Assembly (NCBI GenBank): GCA_965287045.1
Contig: OZ336879.1
Location: forward strand, 56,048,001 to 56,112,000
Direction of reading: 5' to 3'
From: Carcharhinus amblyrhynchos
Taxonomy: Eukaryota
DNA length: 64,000 nt
Shown one piece after another: positions 10,390-23,825 of this stretch. The position numbers and the translations under genes were made by a program. The notes below the pieces were generated by a model that ran no database searches, was not told where the DNA came from, and saw only the letters and a list, made by a program, of their open reading frames with translations. Position 1 is the stretch's first letter. Every line of letters begins with the position of its first letter.

Positions 10390-11700
10390 CAATTTTCTAA
10401 TCTAAAGGAATAGTTCCTAAATTGAGAGGACTTCAAAACATCATAATCAGGGCCTCTTTAATCCTCTGACCTATTTCTTTTAAAACTTTGGGATGGCAAC
10501 TCTCTGCTCCTGGGGCCTCATAATACTTCAGAGCCATTATTTATTCAAGACGAATAATTTGCTTATGTTAATTTAGGTGTCTCTGCAATGTTGATTCAAT
10601 ATTAGCCTCCTTCCTCTATTGTAAATATCATTGGATGATTATTATTGAATGTGTCCATATTTTGATTTGCAATATCACTGTTGTCAGTTTTCAAGGGACC
10701 CACATTTCTATCTACCAGCCTATTTTTCCTACAATGATTGTAAGGGTTACCCTGTTGATTTTGATATCCTGTGCAAATTCATTTTCACATTCCCTTTTTG
10801 TAGCTCAGCTCCGTCTTTATCACCCTTTGTTGTTTTTTGTATCACTACATAAATCAGAACCTGTGTTCTTATTTACATTTTTGTATGCTTTTTCTTTTAG
10901 TTTTATGTTGCCACTTACCTCTTTAATCACCTGCCATTTTCTCTTTTGGCCAGCAGAGCTGTTGCCTGATCTTTAAGGCTATAAATCTGGTCAGTATCTT
11001 AATTTTTTTAAAACACCTTCCCCACTAATCTTCTGTCATTTTACTCATTAACATATTTGCCACTTTACTGTGAACAATTTGTGTCTCATCCTAAAAGCTA
11101 AAATTTTAGCAGCTGCTTCATGTTTTCCTTTTCAAGCACAACATTGAGCTCAATCATAAAACAATCACTGTTCATGTGTCATTTTGCTGGTAACTAAATC
11201 TGGCTTTTTACACATAATTCAACATAATATAGCCTGCCCCCGCCTTGATACTGGGAAATATTGTTGCAGAAAACTACCCTGGATACATTCATTAAATTTG
11301 CCAGCTCATGAGCTTGTCTGTTTTTCTTAATCTATATGGATATTTACCCCCACATTAAACTATTCTGCCTTTGTTTGACTGATCTCTGCATTTATATATA
11401 TGACAGTTTTACTGTAACTCCCACTATTGTCTTAAATCTCTAATTTTATCCATAAAGACTCCACTGACTGATTAGCTCTCATTATATTCTCCATCATTGG
11501 ACTGATATCCATCATCTTGGCTAACTTTCCTGTAAAACTTCTAATCTGGTATATTCAGTTCTCATTATCTTGCGGCCATGCCTCAGTGACGAATGCTACA
11601 TCACACTCTTCAATTTGAATTTACAACTGCAATTAATTCAACCTGTTCCTTACACTATGCACTTGAACATAGACCACTTATCAGGTCCATACATTCTCGC
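10390..11700 (-). mobile_element. Highly degenerate CR1 ORF2 fragment
   Basis: Pyrimidine-rich plus strand typical of antisense CR1; ttcttttaaaactttgggatggcaactctctgctcctgggg corresponds to PGADXLHPKVLKE. Confidence 0.5.
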
Positions 11701-11883
11701 ATACAATTCTGCTGTATCATGCTTTACTTTTAATGCCGAAGAGTATGAGTTGGGTGACAAATTGAACCCCCAAATGCCTGCATGAATGCAGAGAATATCG
11801 ATTAAAAATAATTACTTAGTTATAATATTGCTGAAATTCAAGAAAACAAGTGAAAACTTAGAAACAATGTGACGCTGTCATAT

Positions 11884-12008
11884 GGGGCAGGATTTTACGG
11901 CCTCGCTTGGAAGAGAATGGAAATTCCAGCCCGAAGTCAACAGAGATTTCCGTTGTTGGACCTTCGCTCGCACCGATTGCATGGCAGGCGAGGTGGTAGA
12001 GTTCTGGC
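11884..12008. mobile_element. ~125-bp MITE
   Basis: ggggcaggattttac...gtagagttctggc termini; internal similarity to 14400-14526, 18590-18714 and 33519-33622. Confidence 0.6.
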
Positions 12009-12146
12009 GATAATCTGCCACTGCCTTCTTTAAATGCTGTACCACATCAACAAAATGTGTGCGGTACCTTAGAAATAAGCATGCCTTACCAATCAAAAAA
12101 TACATTGGTTAGTTCATTCATTTCCTAACAATGTTTGAAGACAAGG

Positions 12147-12272
12147 GGGTGAATTTTCCAGTTCCACCCGCCACTGGAATCTTAGTGGGCAAGGGGTGTA
12201 CCATGGAAAGGGCCATTGACGTCAAGAGGGATTTTCCAGTTGCGTGCTGAATGCGGCTGGAAAATCCCACCC
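12147..12272. mobile_element. ~125-bp MITE
   Basis: TIR gggtgaattttccag / ctggaaaatcccaccc; internal ccattgacgtc motif shared with the family. Confidence 0.65.
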
Positions 12273-12829
12273 AATTTGCATTTCAGATTATGTGGTTGCA
12301 GTAGAACATTTCTAATTCTAAAATACAAAGTTGTGTCTCAATCAAAATGGCTTTAATAGGTAGTTCTTTAGTTTTTAACATCAAGTGTTAATAAAATAAA
12401 ATATGTCCAACAGTACGCAGATGATCATTAAGTTGGCATCAATTTACTTATCCTATAAATCTTTTCTCATAGATTCCAAAGTATCTATTGCCTTCTTGCC
12501 AAATATTGGGCAGAAACTTACAATGTCAATCAACATGTACTACATGCATTGCACATGTGATGACATGTGATAGTTATGATACATGTTTATAATTGGATCC
12601 ATGCTCTGCTAAGAAATCAATTGATAATTGTTGAAATTATTTTCAAACTCAAAGGGAATCTGATCTGAAAATAATTTCAGGATTTTATGATGAAATGTGA
12701 GCAGGGAAAAGTACAACTTAAATAACCATTGGGTGAGTATGTGGTTCTTGGGTTAGCAGTCAATAGGATGTATACTTTTTGTCTGTCTGATTAATACAAA
12801 GTAACTGGTGAGTTTATTTTTCACTTAAT

Positions 12830-14192
12830 CCTGAGATGTAGAAGTCACTGGCAAGGTCAGCATTTATTTGAGTTGCATTTGAGAAAACAATGGTGAGTTG
12901 CCTTCTTTTTGAACCACTGAAGACCATACAAAGAATAAAGAAAAGTACTGCACAGGAACAGGCCCTTCAAGCCCATGCCAATCATGATTTGTTAACTAAA
13001 CTAAAAAAACCTTTTGCCCTAACTCGGTCCTTATCCTGCTATTCCCTTCCTATTTATGTACCTATCCAGATGTCTTGTAAATGTTGCTAATGTGTCTGCT
13101 TCCACACCTCCTCTGGCAGCGCATTCCAGGCACCCACCACGCCCCCGACACATCTCCCTTAAACTTTCCCCCTTCAGGCACATTAAAGACACTCCCACAA
13201 TATAGTAATATAGAAAGTTTCAGGATTTTAACTCAGTGATGATGAAGCAATGGAATGGTGTGTGATTTGGAGGTCAACCAGATAACAGTCACATGCATGA
13301 ACTGCCCTTGTCTGCCAAGGGTAGTGGAAGTTGTGGATTTGGGCAGTGTTGCCAATAAGACTGTAACAATTTACTGCAGAGCATCTTTTATATAGTACAC
13401 TCTTCAACCAGTGCTGGAAGGAGTGGATGAATGTGGAACAAGTGGACTATTTTTGGTTGATGTGAAACTCGTAATGGTGTTGCAGCTGCTCCCATCAAGG
13501 GGAATAGAGACTGTTTCAACGACTAACTTGTATTGTTTTGACGGTGGTGAGTCTTTGGGAAACCTGGAGGTGAGTCACTCATCATGGAATAACCAGCTTT
13601 GATCTTCTCCACTCACATTTATGTCAGAGTGATCTAAAGCAGGCTTTCCTTGGTTGATTTTATGGATCTGAAGACACATTTAAAAAAAATTATGTGATGT
13701 GGCATGGCTGGCTAGGCCAGCATTTATTGTTCATCCCTAGTTATCCTTCAGAAGTTGGTGGTGAGCTGCCTTCTTGAACCGCTGCAATCTATGAAATGTA
13801 CGCACACCCACAGCGCTGTTGGGCATGGAATTCCAGGAATTTGACCCAGAAACCATGAAGGATCGTTGATATATTTCCAAGTCAGGATGGTGAGTGATTT
13901 GGAAGGGAACCTTAAGGTGGTGGTGTTCCCAGGTAACTGCTGCCCTTCCAGATGATACAGATAATGGGTTTGGAAGGTGCTGCTTAGGAATCTTAGTGAG
14001 CTCTTGCAGTGCATTTTGTAGATGGTACACACTGCTGCTACTGTTCATCGGTGGTGAAGGGAGTAGATGTTTGTAGAAGGGGTAGCAATCAAGCTAAATG
14101 GTGTCAAGCTTCTTGTCTATTGTTGGAGCTGCACACGTCCAGACAAGTGGAGAGTACTCAACTGCACTACTGACTTGTGCCTTGTAGATGGT
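12830..14192 (-). mobile_element. Two 3' fragments of a CR1/L2-group LINE (family also at 24880-27090), with a CR1 3' end nested at ~12930-13175
   Basis: Diagnostic antisense tail ggctaggccagcatttattg..catccctag..ggtgagctgccttcttgaaccgctgc; ORF remnant SWNSMPNSAVG..LQRFKKAAHHQLLK. Confidence 0.75.
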
Positions 14193-14399
14193 CTCTAATA
14201 TGATGGTATATCTTTGTACTTGCGTCTTTCCAGGCATCCTGGATCATTTGCTCATGAAAATATGCCACTGAAATTCCAAAATAGTCAAATTTCCTTTCTC
14301 TGGCTCCTTGCACCATCATCCGAACTGCTGCAACTATAAACTAGAGATATCTTTGACATTCAGGAAATAATTGTGACCTTTGTCAATTGTATCTTTATG

Positions 14400-14526
14400 T
14401 GTGGAATTTTCCGGTTGTGATCGCCCCAAAACCGGAAAATCCCGCCCAAGGTCAACGGACCTTTACATGGTCTGCCCCTCACCTGCAGCGATTCCCATGG
14501 TGAGCGGAACAGGAAGATTCTCCCCA
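14400..14526. mobile_element. ~125-bp MITE
   Basis: gtggaattttcc...ggaagattctcccc termini; internal aaaatcccgcccaaggtcaacgga. Confidence 0.6.
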
Positions 14527-17500
14527 TATGTCCATATAGCATGCCCAATGTCACCATGCTGTGAATCATAGCTCTGGCCACAATATCTAACCATTCTATC
14601 GTTATGGTACAAGTAGGCCTCAAGATCCAGCTTAGCTGGTACAAGGATTGAACTTGCACTGTTGCTGTTATTCTGCATCACACTCTAGCCAACTAGGCTA
14701 ACTAACTCCCCTTTTAGTGCTGCTGAAAATCCTCTCTGATTTGAAAGAAGCTGCATCTTTCTAGGCACCAAATGTTCCACACGTGAACCTGAGTTTGTAA
14801 TGACTGGTGGATTGCAGTTTGGGAGTCCTCAAACATCCTCTTACTACTAACACCAGAAGACCCATTGAGGTCACTCAAGTTATGCTTAGGTTGATACAAC
14901 ACCCCAGTTTGCAAAACTGCCACATCTTGTCACAGAAAATCTACCCCCGTATCTGTTTGCAAAATATAAGAGAGACTAACAATTAAATAACATCAACTTC
15001 TGAAACATTAAATGCCATTTCATCCAAAAGATCATTTGAAAGAATTATGGGGAACTGAGCCAGGATTTTAGCAAGGTTGTTGTAGTGCCGTTTCAGTGCA
15101 CAGAAAACGTTCCTTTTTTGTGAAGAAGTATAAAACCTAAAATTGTAATATTAGCATCTGAATGTTTAATGCAAGTGTCTGAAATTTCTTGTTTTGCATT
15201 TTTATCTCGGACCTCAGTATCACTCTATAATTCCTGCACTATGATTTTTGAAAAAAATATTTTTTTCCTATTTGTTATCTATATTTATCATCATTGTTGT
15301 AAGCATGAATGGTATCTATACAGCACACACACACATGATAGAATCTGGGTGAAATAATGTTTTCGTTTATGTAGCGTTATCAGTAATACTTTTTTAAAAT
15401 CTTGTGCAATAACTCACATGAATTGTAATGGCATCATACATTGGAATAGTTTTGAAATGTTTTTGCTGCAGATCTGTTGTCAGTCTTTGATCTCTGTGGG
15501 CTTGAATTCAATCTTTGCCAAGGAAATAAATAAATAAGTTTCTACTGATGTGTTGCCTGTACTTCTTTGGCAGAAGGCAGATGCAAATGGCTTCATTTTA
15601 AGATAAAGTTAGGGCCCGAACCTTAGTTTTGTTAATAACATGCCTTGAAAATATTGCACAATAAACAGAGGAGAAAATTCAAAAATAAAGAGCTAAAAAA
15701 AAGGATATTGAAAATTTAGAACAATAGGTAAGGTTAATTTAAGTGTTCAAATTTTCCTGCAGTGTTGTTTGTCAAGTTATCAGAACTGTCTGTGAGATTC
15801 TGTAATTCATTGCAAGCAATGTAGACCAGCTAATCTATTTCTACTAATTGAGTCAGAGTGCTGTTACTTTTCACAGGGAACACTACAGTCTTAATAGGTA
15901 CATACTCTACACATTTGAGACAAGCAAGCAGCTCAGCAGGCTGCTTGAGAATTCACGCAGCATGTCCTGTTATATGGCCTGTGATAAATTGTTGCTATTG
16001 ATTAATTTTCATGCTGTGATGTCAGAAAAATGCCTTGAAAATGCGTTGCTTAAAATGTCCTAATCCAGATTAACTCCTTGCAATCCTGAACAACGCAATC
16101 ACATAAATGGTCATTTTAAGGAGCAACTGTTTAAAAATGTTAACATATGCTATCTCATGGGTGACATTATCTGAAAACACAAGATTTAATTCTATTGCCA
16201 GAATTTTACCGCCACATCTGCCCTGGAATCAGGGCTTGCGAACAGAATTCTTCATTGGCCTCGGGTGGGATTTTATGAGCCTCGCCCGAGTGGGGTTGTG
16301 AAAAGCTTAATGATGACACTAATGATGATGCCTAGCCTTCCCTTTTGCTCTTTTATTCTCAGGCTGCTACTCAACTCTTCAATGATCAGTCAAGCGTTAA
16401 GTCTTACATGAGTCAAAAATTCTCTAGTTTAATACAAGCAAAACTAAAGCCATCCACTCTGGACCCTGTTAGTTCTTTCACATCCTTATCATTAATTCCA
16501 TCAACAACCTCAATTACCACCTCAGGTTATATCTAGTGATGCAAAATCTGGTACATTTCTACTGGTTCTGATTTGCGTCCCTTCTTCATGTCCACTCTGT
16601 CACCAATTGTACCTCATTTCACTTATTGCACATTTCCCAGCTACACATAACCTCTCCCTTATTAGCATTTGTTATATTGGCTGTACTATTTGTAAACACT
16701 AAGAACTAACTCTTATGTAATGCACTGGAGTCATGTGCTAAGCAACAAAATGCATCAGCCCACTGGACTCATGGAGAACTACAAGAAATACACTCAGTGA
16801 AGCTCCAACATTTTTGAGCCTGAAGTATGATTATGTCAAACTTACTATACTCAGGAGAAAAAGAGAGGGTTCTCATTATTAAGCCCTTATAACTGGGCAC
16901 AGTCCGCAGGGAGGAGTAATTTTCAAGCGCAAGAGTTGGCTTCCTGCGGGTACACTTGTTTCCAAAGGTGTGATGGCTTTCTCCATTTGATTCCGAGTGC
17001 CCAAGAAGGATGGAATACCTTCCCATCAGGCCATAGTCATATACATCACTGTTTGCCTGGTGATTTGCCCTCATGGTTCAATCTCAAAGGTGGTAGGATG
17101 GGACCCTTAAAATGGCCTCATAAAGACTTCAAGTGATTGCTAGGCCAGAAGGCCGTTCTCAACTTTTTCCACCCTGAATCTAAACAGGGAATATTGGAAG
17201 GCAATGAGGTCTCTATCCAACAGCTTCCTGTTCCATTATATGGCCCCACCACCTCCAAGTCCAGCCTCTGCTTTACATTCCCATTAATTCAATTTCAGAA
17301 ATGTGTTTCAATGGAAAACATTCTTCATAAATTGTAAGAAAAGAAAAAAATATCTGATTAAGAAAATATAGAAACCATTTCAGTGGCTATTGTAGTTTAC
17401 TGTGTCATTAAACTGTTCTGTAAATTATTTTGACTCCAATGATGCCCCAAGAGTGTTTTTCCTTGAGCCCAAAAGACATTCAGAATGTCTTTAGCTACTC

Positions 17501-17852
17501 GTTCTCAACTAAGATGTAATACAAGGAGATATATCGTATGAAATTGCTATTTCATCAGAAACCAGAAGAATGATTTTTGCCCTTTCCTGATCTGGTTAGG
17601 AAATGAATATTTTCCCCACCTTCTTGATACACTACAATTGTTCGGGCAATTTGCAAAACTGACATGACTATTAATCTTAAAACAAAAAAAAATCACATTT
17701 ATTTGTGGAAAACTATGGAACTGTTTTTAGAGTCCTTGGACGTGCACTTAAACTCAGGAGTCACACAAGTATTATTTGGCATAGTTACCTTTTTATGGCA
17801 ATTCAATGAGAATTGCCAGGGTTGAGAAATGAAATTCTTCTCTTATGGTTAA

Positions 17853-18146
17853 AATTTATTAATTAGTGTCTCAAGTAGGCTTACAGTAATACTGCAATGA
17901 AGTTACTATGAAAATCCATTAGTTGCCACATTCCGCCACATACTGATGGAGGATTTAGCATGGCCAATTCACCTAATCAGCATGTCATTTGGATTGTGGG
18001 AGGAAACCAGGGTACCCAGAGGAAATCCACACAGACATGGGGAGAACGTGCGGACTATGCACAGACAGTGACCCAACAAGGAATTGAACCCTGGGTCCCT
18101 AGTGCTGTGAGGCAGCAGTGCTAACCATTGTGCCAGTGTGCCACCT
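17853..18146 (-). mobile_element. V-SINE, tail-B subfamily
   Basis: caagtaggcttacagtaatactgcaatgaagttact...gtgctgtgaggcagcagtgctaacc. Confidence 0.88.
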
Positions 18147-18589
18147 GATACAATCAGTCTAAATGCCAGATCAAGCACAGTGCTGCTATGATGAGAACTA
18201 CAATCAGCCTATTCTGCCCTAACAATGTGTCTTAATTCCATCCACCAATTGCAAATATCAGAGTAAATTTGCTAATTGTACGGGTCCATTTTTCCCAAAT
18301 TGATAGAGTTCCAATTCCTTTTGTATTAGATCCTTTCACACCAAACAGAATATCCTCTCCATCACCAAAGCCATTTGGTTTTATCAATGCAAAATCACTT
18401 AACCCCACACTTATTTCAGTCCCAACATTGTGCCTCGAGGCTACAACTTTTTCAATGTTAATTTTGCCTTTATCCACTGTCCATAAACTACAACTTGTTC
18501 AATGCTCAAATAAATGTTTTTGGTCCATTGTTTGCATCCTTGTTGACTCATAACACACTTCTTGTCTCCCAACAAAATTTTAAATGACT

Positions 18590-18714
18590 CGTCAGAATTC
18601 TACCGCCCCGGCCACCGTGGAATCAGAGCAGGCGAGGGGTGGACAATGGAAATGTCCTTTGAACTTGGGTGGAAATTTCCAGTCTCGCTTGAGCAAGGTG
18701 GTGAAATCCAGCCC
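18590..18714. mobile_element. ~125-bp MITE inserted in an L2-like relic
   Basis: cagaattctacc...ggtgaaatccagccc termini; family-shared internal ggcgaggggtggacaatgga. Confidence 0.6.
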
Positions 18715-20339
18715 AATATCTTTATACTGATGCTCCTCCATCCACATTATTTCTGTTGACATCCCTTTGTGCAAATTTTCAGTCTTGTATCTTTGTATTC
18801 TCCCCACCTTCAGTCCACTGTTGGCAGCAGAGCCACTGAGCTGCCTCAAACCCAAGACCAGTTTAAATGGTAGCAACAGAAATCCAATTACCTGATCCCA
18901 AAATGGAGAGCAAACTCACTGCAGCACTCATCAGGACCCAAGGCTGCACCATGATTGGTCAATGAATTAGCCAGTGCCAGGTTGGCCACCTTATCAAAAA
19001 TGTTCACTCATCTGCTGGACTTGGCAACCAGTTGGAGGAGTAGCAGCCACAGCAATATCACCAAGATGGTGTGCACTGCCATGGCTAAAACTGGAGGAAG
19101 AGAACGCATCAATGTCCTGCACCCTTGCAACCAATTAGGGTGCTGGAATGAGAGCAGGGTAGGAAAGTGATGAAGGAAGGCAGTAATGTTGCAGAAGGGT
19201 GGCCAGTCCATCGATCAAAGAGTGCCAGAAAATGAGCAACCCCCAGTCCCCCCCACCTCCACTGCTCAGCATCCACTGGGAGGCTGCCATTGTTTACTAG
19301 GTAATCTCCCCAAGGGACAGAGGGCCCCGTTGCTGTTAGTTAATTAAAGCAAAGGCAGAAGGACGCTGAAGAGGGCTCTGGGTGGGAAGACTGCCCATCA
19401 CCTTCACCACTGCTGGAAAGATGGCATGGCGGCTGATAGCCATGTCACTACACTTCCCACCAATCTTCCTGCATCATTTTTACAAACTCTCCCACCTTCT
19501 GTCCCATCCCCAAAGGCATGATAAAATTCAGCTCCTATTTTCTGGAATTCTCTCCTTAAGTCATTTTGCCTCTTAATTTCTCTCTCCAATTTTAAGAGCT
19601 CTCTCACAAATGTTTTTAACCAAACGCTCAGTCACTTTGACTTTCATAGTTGAACATTCAGTTTTAAGTCACTTTTGCCTGTGTTCTTTCTTCCCCTGTG
19701 GCAATGTTTTGGGCTATTTCCTTTGTAAAGTGTGTTTTATAAATGTGACTGTTGTTTATTTTTATTGACCTGTAATAATAAAGAGAATTCACAGTTGCGT
19801 AAAGTTGAAATCCTATTGTAACGATTAGCATCTGCGTCAGCTGTTTAGTGCTGAAGAGCTGCTGGCCATCTGATTGTTCAGCAGCTCTTGGAAGCGGGAC
19901 ACCCTCCCTCGAGGGCGGAAAGCCATGAGCTTGCACCATTAACTGACAACTATAAAATCTGATACTCTGATTAAATCACTCTCTCAGCAGAATAGTTACC
20001 TGGGAACAATTGGAAAAATAAGAAACTGATTTTATAATGTTATAAATGTACCAATTGCTTATAAAGGATTTGGAAAATAAGTTGCAGGTTCATTCATTTA
20101 GACAAGGCACATGAGTTAGATAAAGATCAAAAGCTTGAAGACATTAGCTGTAGTGCTGTGTGTGCTGTGTTCTGCTTATAGGACAAAGTGAAACTGAGTT
20201 TGAATCACATAACACATTTCTTTTCCAGTATTGGAAAGATGCTATTTTAAAGGCAACAGCAACAAAATCAAAGACTCTGGAATGGTTTTGATTCTTTTAA
20301 CAGAATATTTACCCAGGAAAAGTGGGTAACTCCTGGGTA

Positions 20340-20820
20340 ACTATAGCACTGACCCCACTCCCGACCTCCAACTAGATCCTTTGCATACTGTCCCAAATAC
20401 TCAGCCACCCACCCCATTCCCAATTATCTTCCCGAACTCCCAACTACCAGTCCCAACACCCCCCCCCCCCGGCTACATCCCCCACTCTCCTGACTATCTA
20501 CCCAAGTCCCTGACTACCCTTTGACAACCTCCATTGTCTCAACTATGGTTCCACCCCAGACTGCCCATCCAGTACCCTCCATCAACTACCCTCCCAACCT
20601 TCAGAGCCATCCTGCCTCCTTAACTGACTATCCAACAATACCCAGCTGATTATCTGACCATCCCCCCCACCATCCATTCAACGCTCCCCCCAGCTGACTA
20701 TCCGAGCAGCCCTGAACGACCACCTTCCCAACTGACCACCCAACACACCACTCCAACCCATCCTAACCCCAAACAGTGGCCACATGACCTATCCACACCC
20801 CCTTCCCCCTACCCCCCTCC
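20340..20820 (+). repeat. C-rich low-complexity / degenerate minisatellite
   Basis: Recurrent (c)tgactacc / caactacc / ccccc units. Confidence 0.6.
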
Positions 20821-21089
20821 TGTCTACTTAGCTTAGACACTACCTTCTCAAAGTGACTGGGACCTTTTAACTTACCTGCCCAACGGTAAATAGTGCCTTA
20901 AAAAAGGGGCACGCTTCCTTTCGCCCATGTCTGTTATTGTAATTGAAAGCCCCGGGAACCTGCTCACTACAATTTTCTGAGGAGGTCCATGAGGCAAGTT
21001 TCATTCTGAAATATAAAGCTACATTTCTAGTGTAAATGAAAAGAAGTGGGCTGGCAACCCAACTGTGATTGCCAGTCCATGGAAGTTCT

Positions 21090-21195
21090 GGTCTGTTCAC
21101 TCTGTTTCTCGCTCCACAGATGCTGCCAGACCTGCTGAATATTTCCAGCACTTTCTGCTCTTTATTTCCAGCATCCGCAGTGTCTTGCTTTAATT
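21090..21195 (+). mobile_element. Penelope-type terminal repeat fragment (family B)
   Basis: ctccacagatgctgccagacctgctgaatatttccagca...ttccagcatccgcagtgtcttgcttt. Confidence 0.7.
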
Positions 21196-21196
21196 T

Positions 21197-21271
21197 TAAA
21201 GTAAAGTTCATTTATTAGTCACAAGTAGGCTTATGTTAACACTACAATGAGGTTACTGTGAAAATCTCCCA
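21197..21271 (-). mobile_element. Isolated tail-B SINE 3' end
   Basis: tttattagtcacaagtaggcttatgttaacactacaatgaggttactgtgaaaat. Confidence 0.75.
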
Positions 21272-21343
21272 GTAAATGAAACAAGAACCTGTCCTGGCAG
21301 GTCCAATGCAGGATAAATCTGAGGACTGCAGTAATGAAACAAG

Positions 21344-21455
21344 ATGTGGACATGCCAGCGTCGGGTGATGAAGGGGCAAACCCCGAAAGCTTGTGAGTTT
21401 GCTATCAGATAAATTGGTTGGACTTTAACCTGGTGTTGTGAGACTTCTTACTGTG
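21344..21455. mobile_element. Solo Penelope pLTR (family A, related to 48999-52797), inverted two-piece structure with hammerhead remnant
   Basis: Minus terminal piece gatgtggacatgccagcgtcgg plus plus-strand TGATGA-A-GGGG-caaa-CCCC-GAAA-GCTT-gtga...ggtgttgtgagacttcttactgtg; TSD aatgaaacaag at 21333-21343 and 21457-21467. Confidence 0.8.
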
Positions 21456-22077
21456 AAATGAAACAAGTACATGCAGTGGAATCCCAATACCGTACATGCA
21501 GTAGATAAAGTTAATCAACTATGTTTACAATCACTGCCTGTCTGTAGCAGCAATATAAATGGGCTGTGGGAACGTGGAAGTATCAAGCGCCTCCTAGCAT
21601 TTGTCAATATTCAAACAACTGATGTGGGAATTCAACTTAAATATTATAAAATTAAATTCCTGTTGAATTTTAACATTGTAACTTTGCCCCACTTCTGGCT
21701 GTGTTTACAGCTCAAAACCATGCATAAGAGCTACCAATTCAGCATTCGTACTTAAACTGATTGTTTGGGAAATGGGAATACATGTTAGTTGGGGACTGAG
21801 CAGTGAGTATCTTTATGTACTCATATTGTCAGATTGAACTAGAGCCTCGGGAGAAATTAACACAATGAATAGAATCTTCCAGTCCCACAAGCAATGCGAA
21901 GTGTGGTGGGTGACAAAACATCAACAAATTAAGTTCCCTCCAGCGGGAAATTAGAACCTTCAGTTTTACAATTGTAAATCAATCATGTGCACCTGAGTAG
22001 CTTCACTTCTCCCACAACTTTGAGGTCAGTGGATGCTGCTTTCATCTTCTTGGGGACCACTCATAACTTCATTCTTA

Positions 22078-22400
22078 GGGTAGCAAGGTGGCACAATAGT
22101 TAGAACTGCTGCTTCATAGCACCAGGGACCTGGATTCGATTCCAGCCTTGAGTGACAGTCTGTGTGGAATTTGCACATTCTTCCCATGTCTCTATGCTCC
22201 AATTTCCTTCCACAGCCCAAAGATGTGCAGGTTAGGTGGACTGGCCATGCTAAATTGTCCCTTAGTGTCCCAAGAGGGATGAGTGGGGTAAATAGGTGGG
22301 GTTATAGGAATAGGGCCTGGGTAAGATGCTCTGTCGGAAAGTAGGTACAGATTTGATGGGCTGAATGGTTTTCATCTGCACTGCAGAGATTCTATGATTC
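22078..22400 (+). mobile_element. HE1/V-SINE with CR1-type tail
   Basis: Head ggtggcacaatagttagaactgctgc; tail tctgcactgcagagattctatgattc. Confidence 0.88.
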
Positions 22401-23825
22401 AATGCCAGTAGTGCAAGTTGTGCAGAGGCTAAAGTGAGGGAAGTAGTAGGGCGGAGTCGAAGCTGGACCCGGGAAGCAGTCTAAGAGGGGGAAAGGAGGG
22501 AGGCTCTTCAGGTGCTCGGTAAATATGGTGCTTGGAAGTCCAAGCCTATGAGTTAATATTTGGGAGGGCAACTTGCCAGCCCCACTGTGACGAGATTCAC
22601 CATGCTCCATGCAGATCAGTAAGTTACCAGCTGAAGTGCGCACAATCGTATGTGTTCAGCCATTCCACTAGCCGGAATCACTTGCAGTTCCACACCCTTC
22701 TGGGAATTTAAACATCAGAGCAAAAGATTCTATCCAGTATTACTATTACACTGTCCTTTGTGTGGAGCAATGTTCTGGGGTTTTCAAAAACATACGAGTA
22801 GTAATGAAATTCAGGGTAAATAGTGTGCATCTGTACCAGGGAGTACAACTTTCACTGAAATATAGATATGATGAATCTCCTGAGGAGCAGGGGGAGAAAG
22901 TTTACCACTATCATTGAGTTGTGTTTTCCTGCAGGAACTTTGCAAATTGTGCAGTGAGTCTCCAGCTTTCCTGTGAATTGGACATATAAAAAAAGTACAA
23001 ATGTTAAACAGAAAATTATTCTGTAATCAATTGCATATAAACTCTCCCATGCTGATAACCTTGTGAACAGCCCACCACCATATTGAAATTCTGAGTGCCT
23101 GGTACTCACAGGCATCCCTTGAATATAGCATAATGAAAATGTGAATCATATGAAATATTGCAGAACAGAACTGAAGGTAATGCAATTCTTTTATCTCACG
23201 TTTCATAATTCAACATTTAATTTGTCCCTTTTGCTAGGAATGACCTCAGGCTCAGTGTAACAAAAGCAATTGGCATTTATCTTCAACAAAGCTTTTAATT
23301 GAAGGGCAAAGGTGATACGCCTTTTCAGCACCTTAATCACAAAAAAACTTTGTTTTTTGGAAAAAATGGAATAGAAACCATTTCTATCACTTTGTATGAC
23401 CAGATTGTCCATTTCACAAGTTCATAGTTATCATCAGCAGGGCGTTACTGAGTGTTTTAAAGAAATACATTTTAAATCATTGTACTATTCACATTAACAT
23501 TTGTTCAAATACCTTTCAGAATTTTAATTTCCCTTGTAAAATATCAGCAAGTCCTCAGTTATTTGGTAGCAATATTAGATGGAGTCAATGCTGAGATGTG
23601 AAATTAAACTTTGAGCAGACACTACTGTATTTGTCTTCTGGAGATGACTGAATTGGATAGAATAAACAGAGGTTTTTGTGATATTGATGACTGGATGCTA
23701 TGGGGAAGTTTAACCCCCCAAAAATGGGTGGATTCAGTTTTGCTGCCATTTGAAAATTTAAAACATTTCAATCCCCCTCAACCCATTGACGTGTGTTTGT
23801 TGGAGCAGGTACAGAGGAGATGTCA

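Noticed and set aside
12531-12588. Cluster of five ACATG motifs at ~10-bp spacing as a p53/p63 site
   Set aside because: The decamers match RRRCWWGYYY poorly (about 7-8 of 10) and there is no supporting evidence
20868-20878. aacttacctg as a U1 snRNA 5' fragment
   Set aside because: Only ~9 nt match; no further U1 sequence; it is equally an antisense splice-donor word, common in these MITE-like repeats
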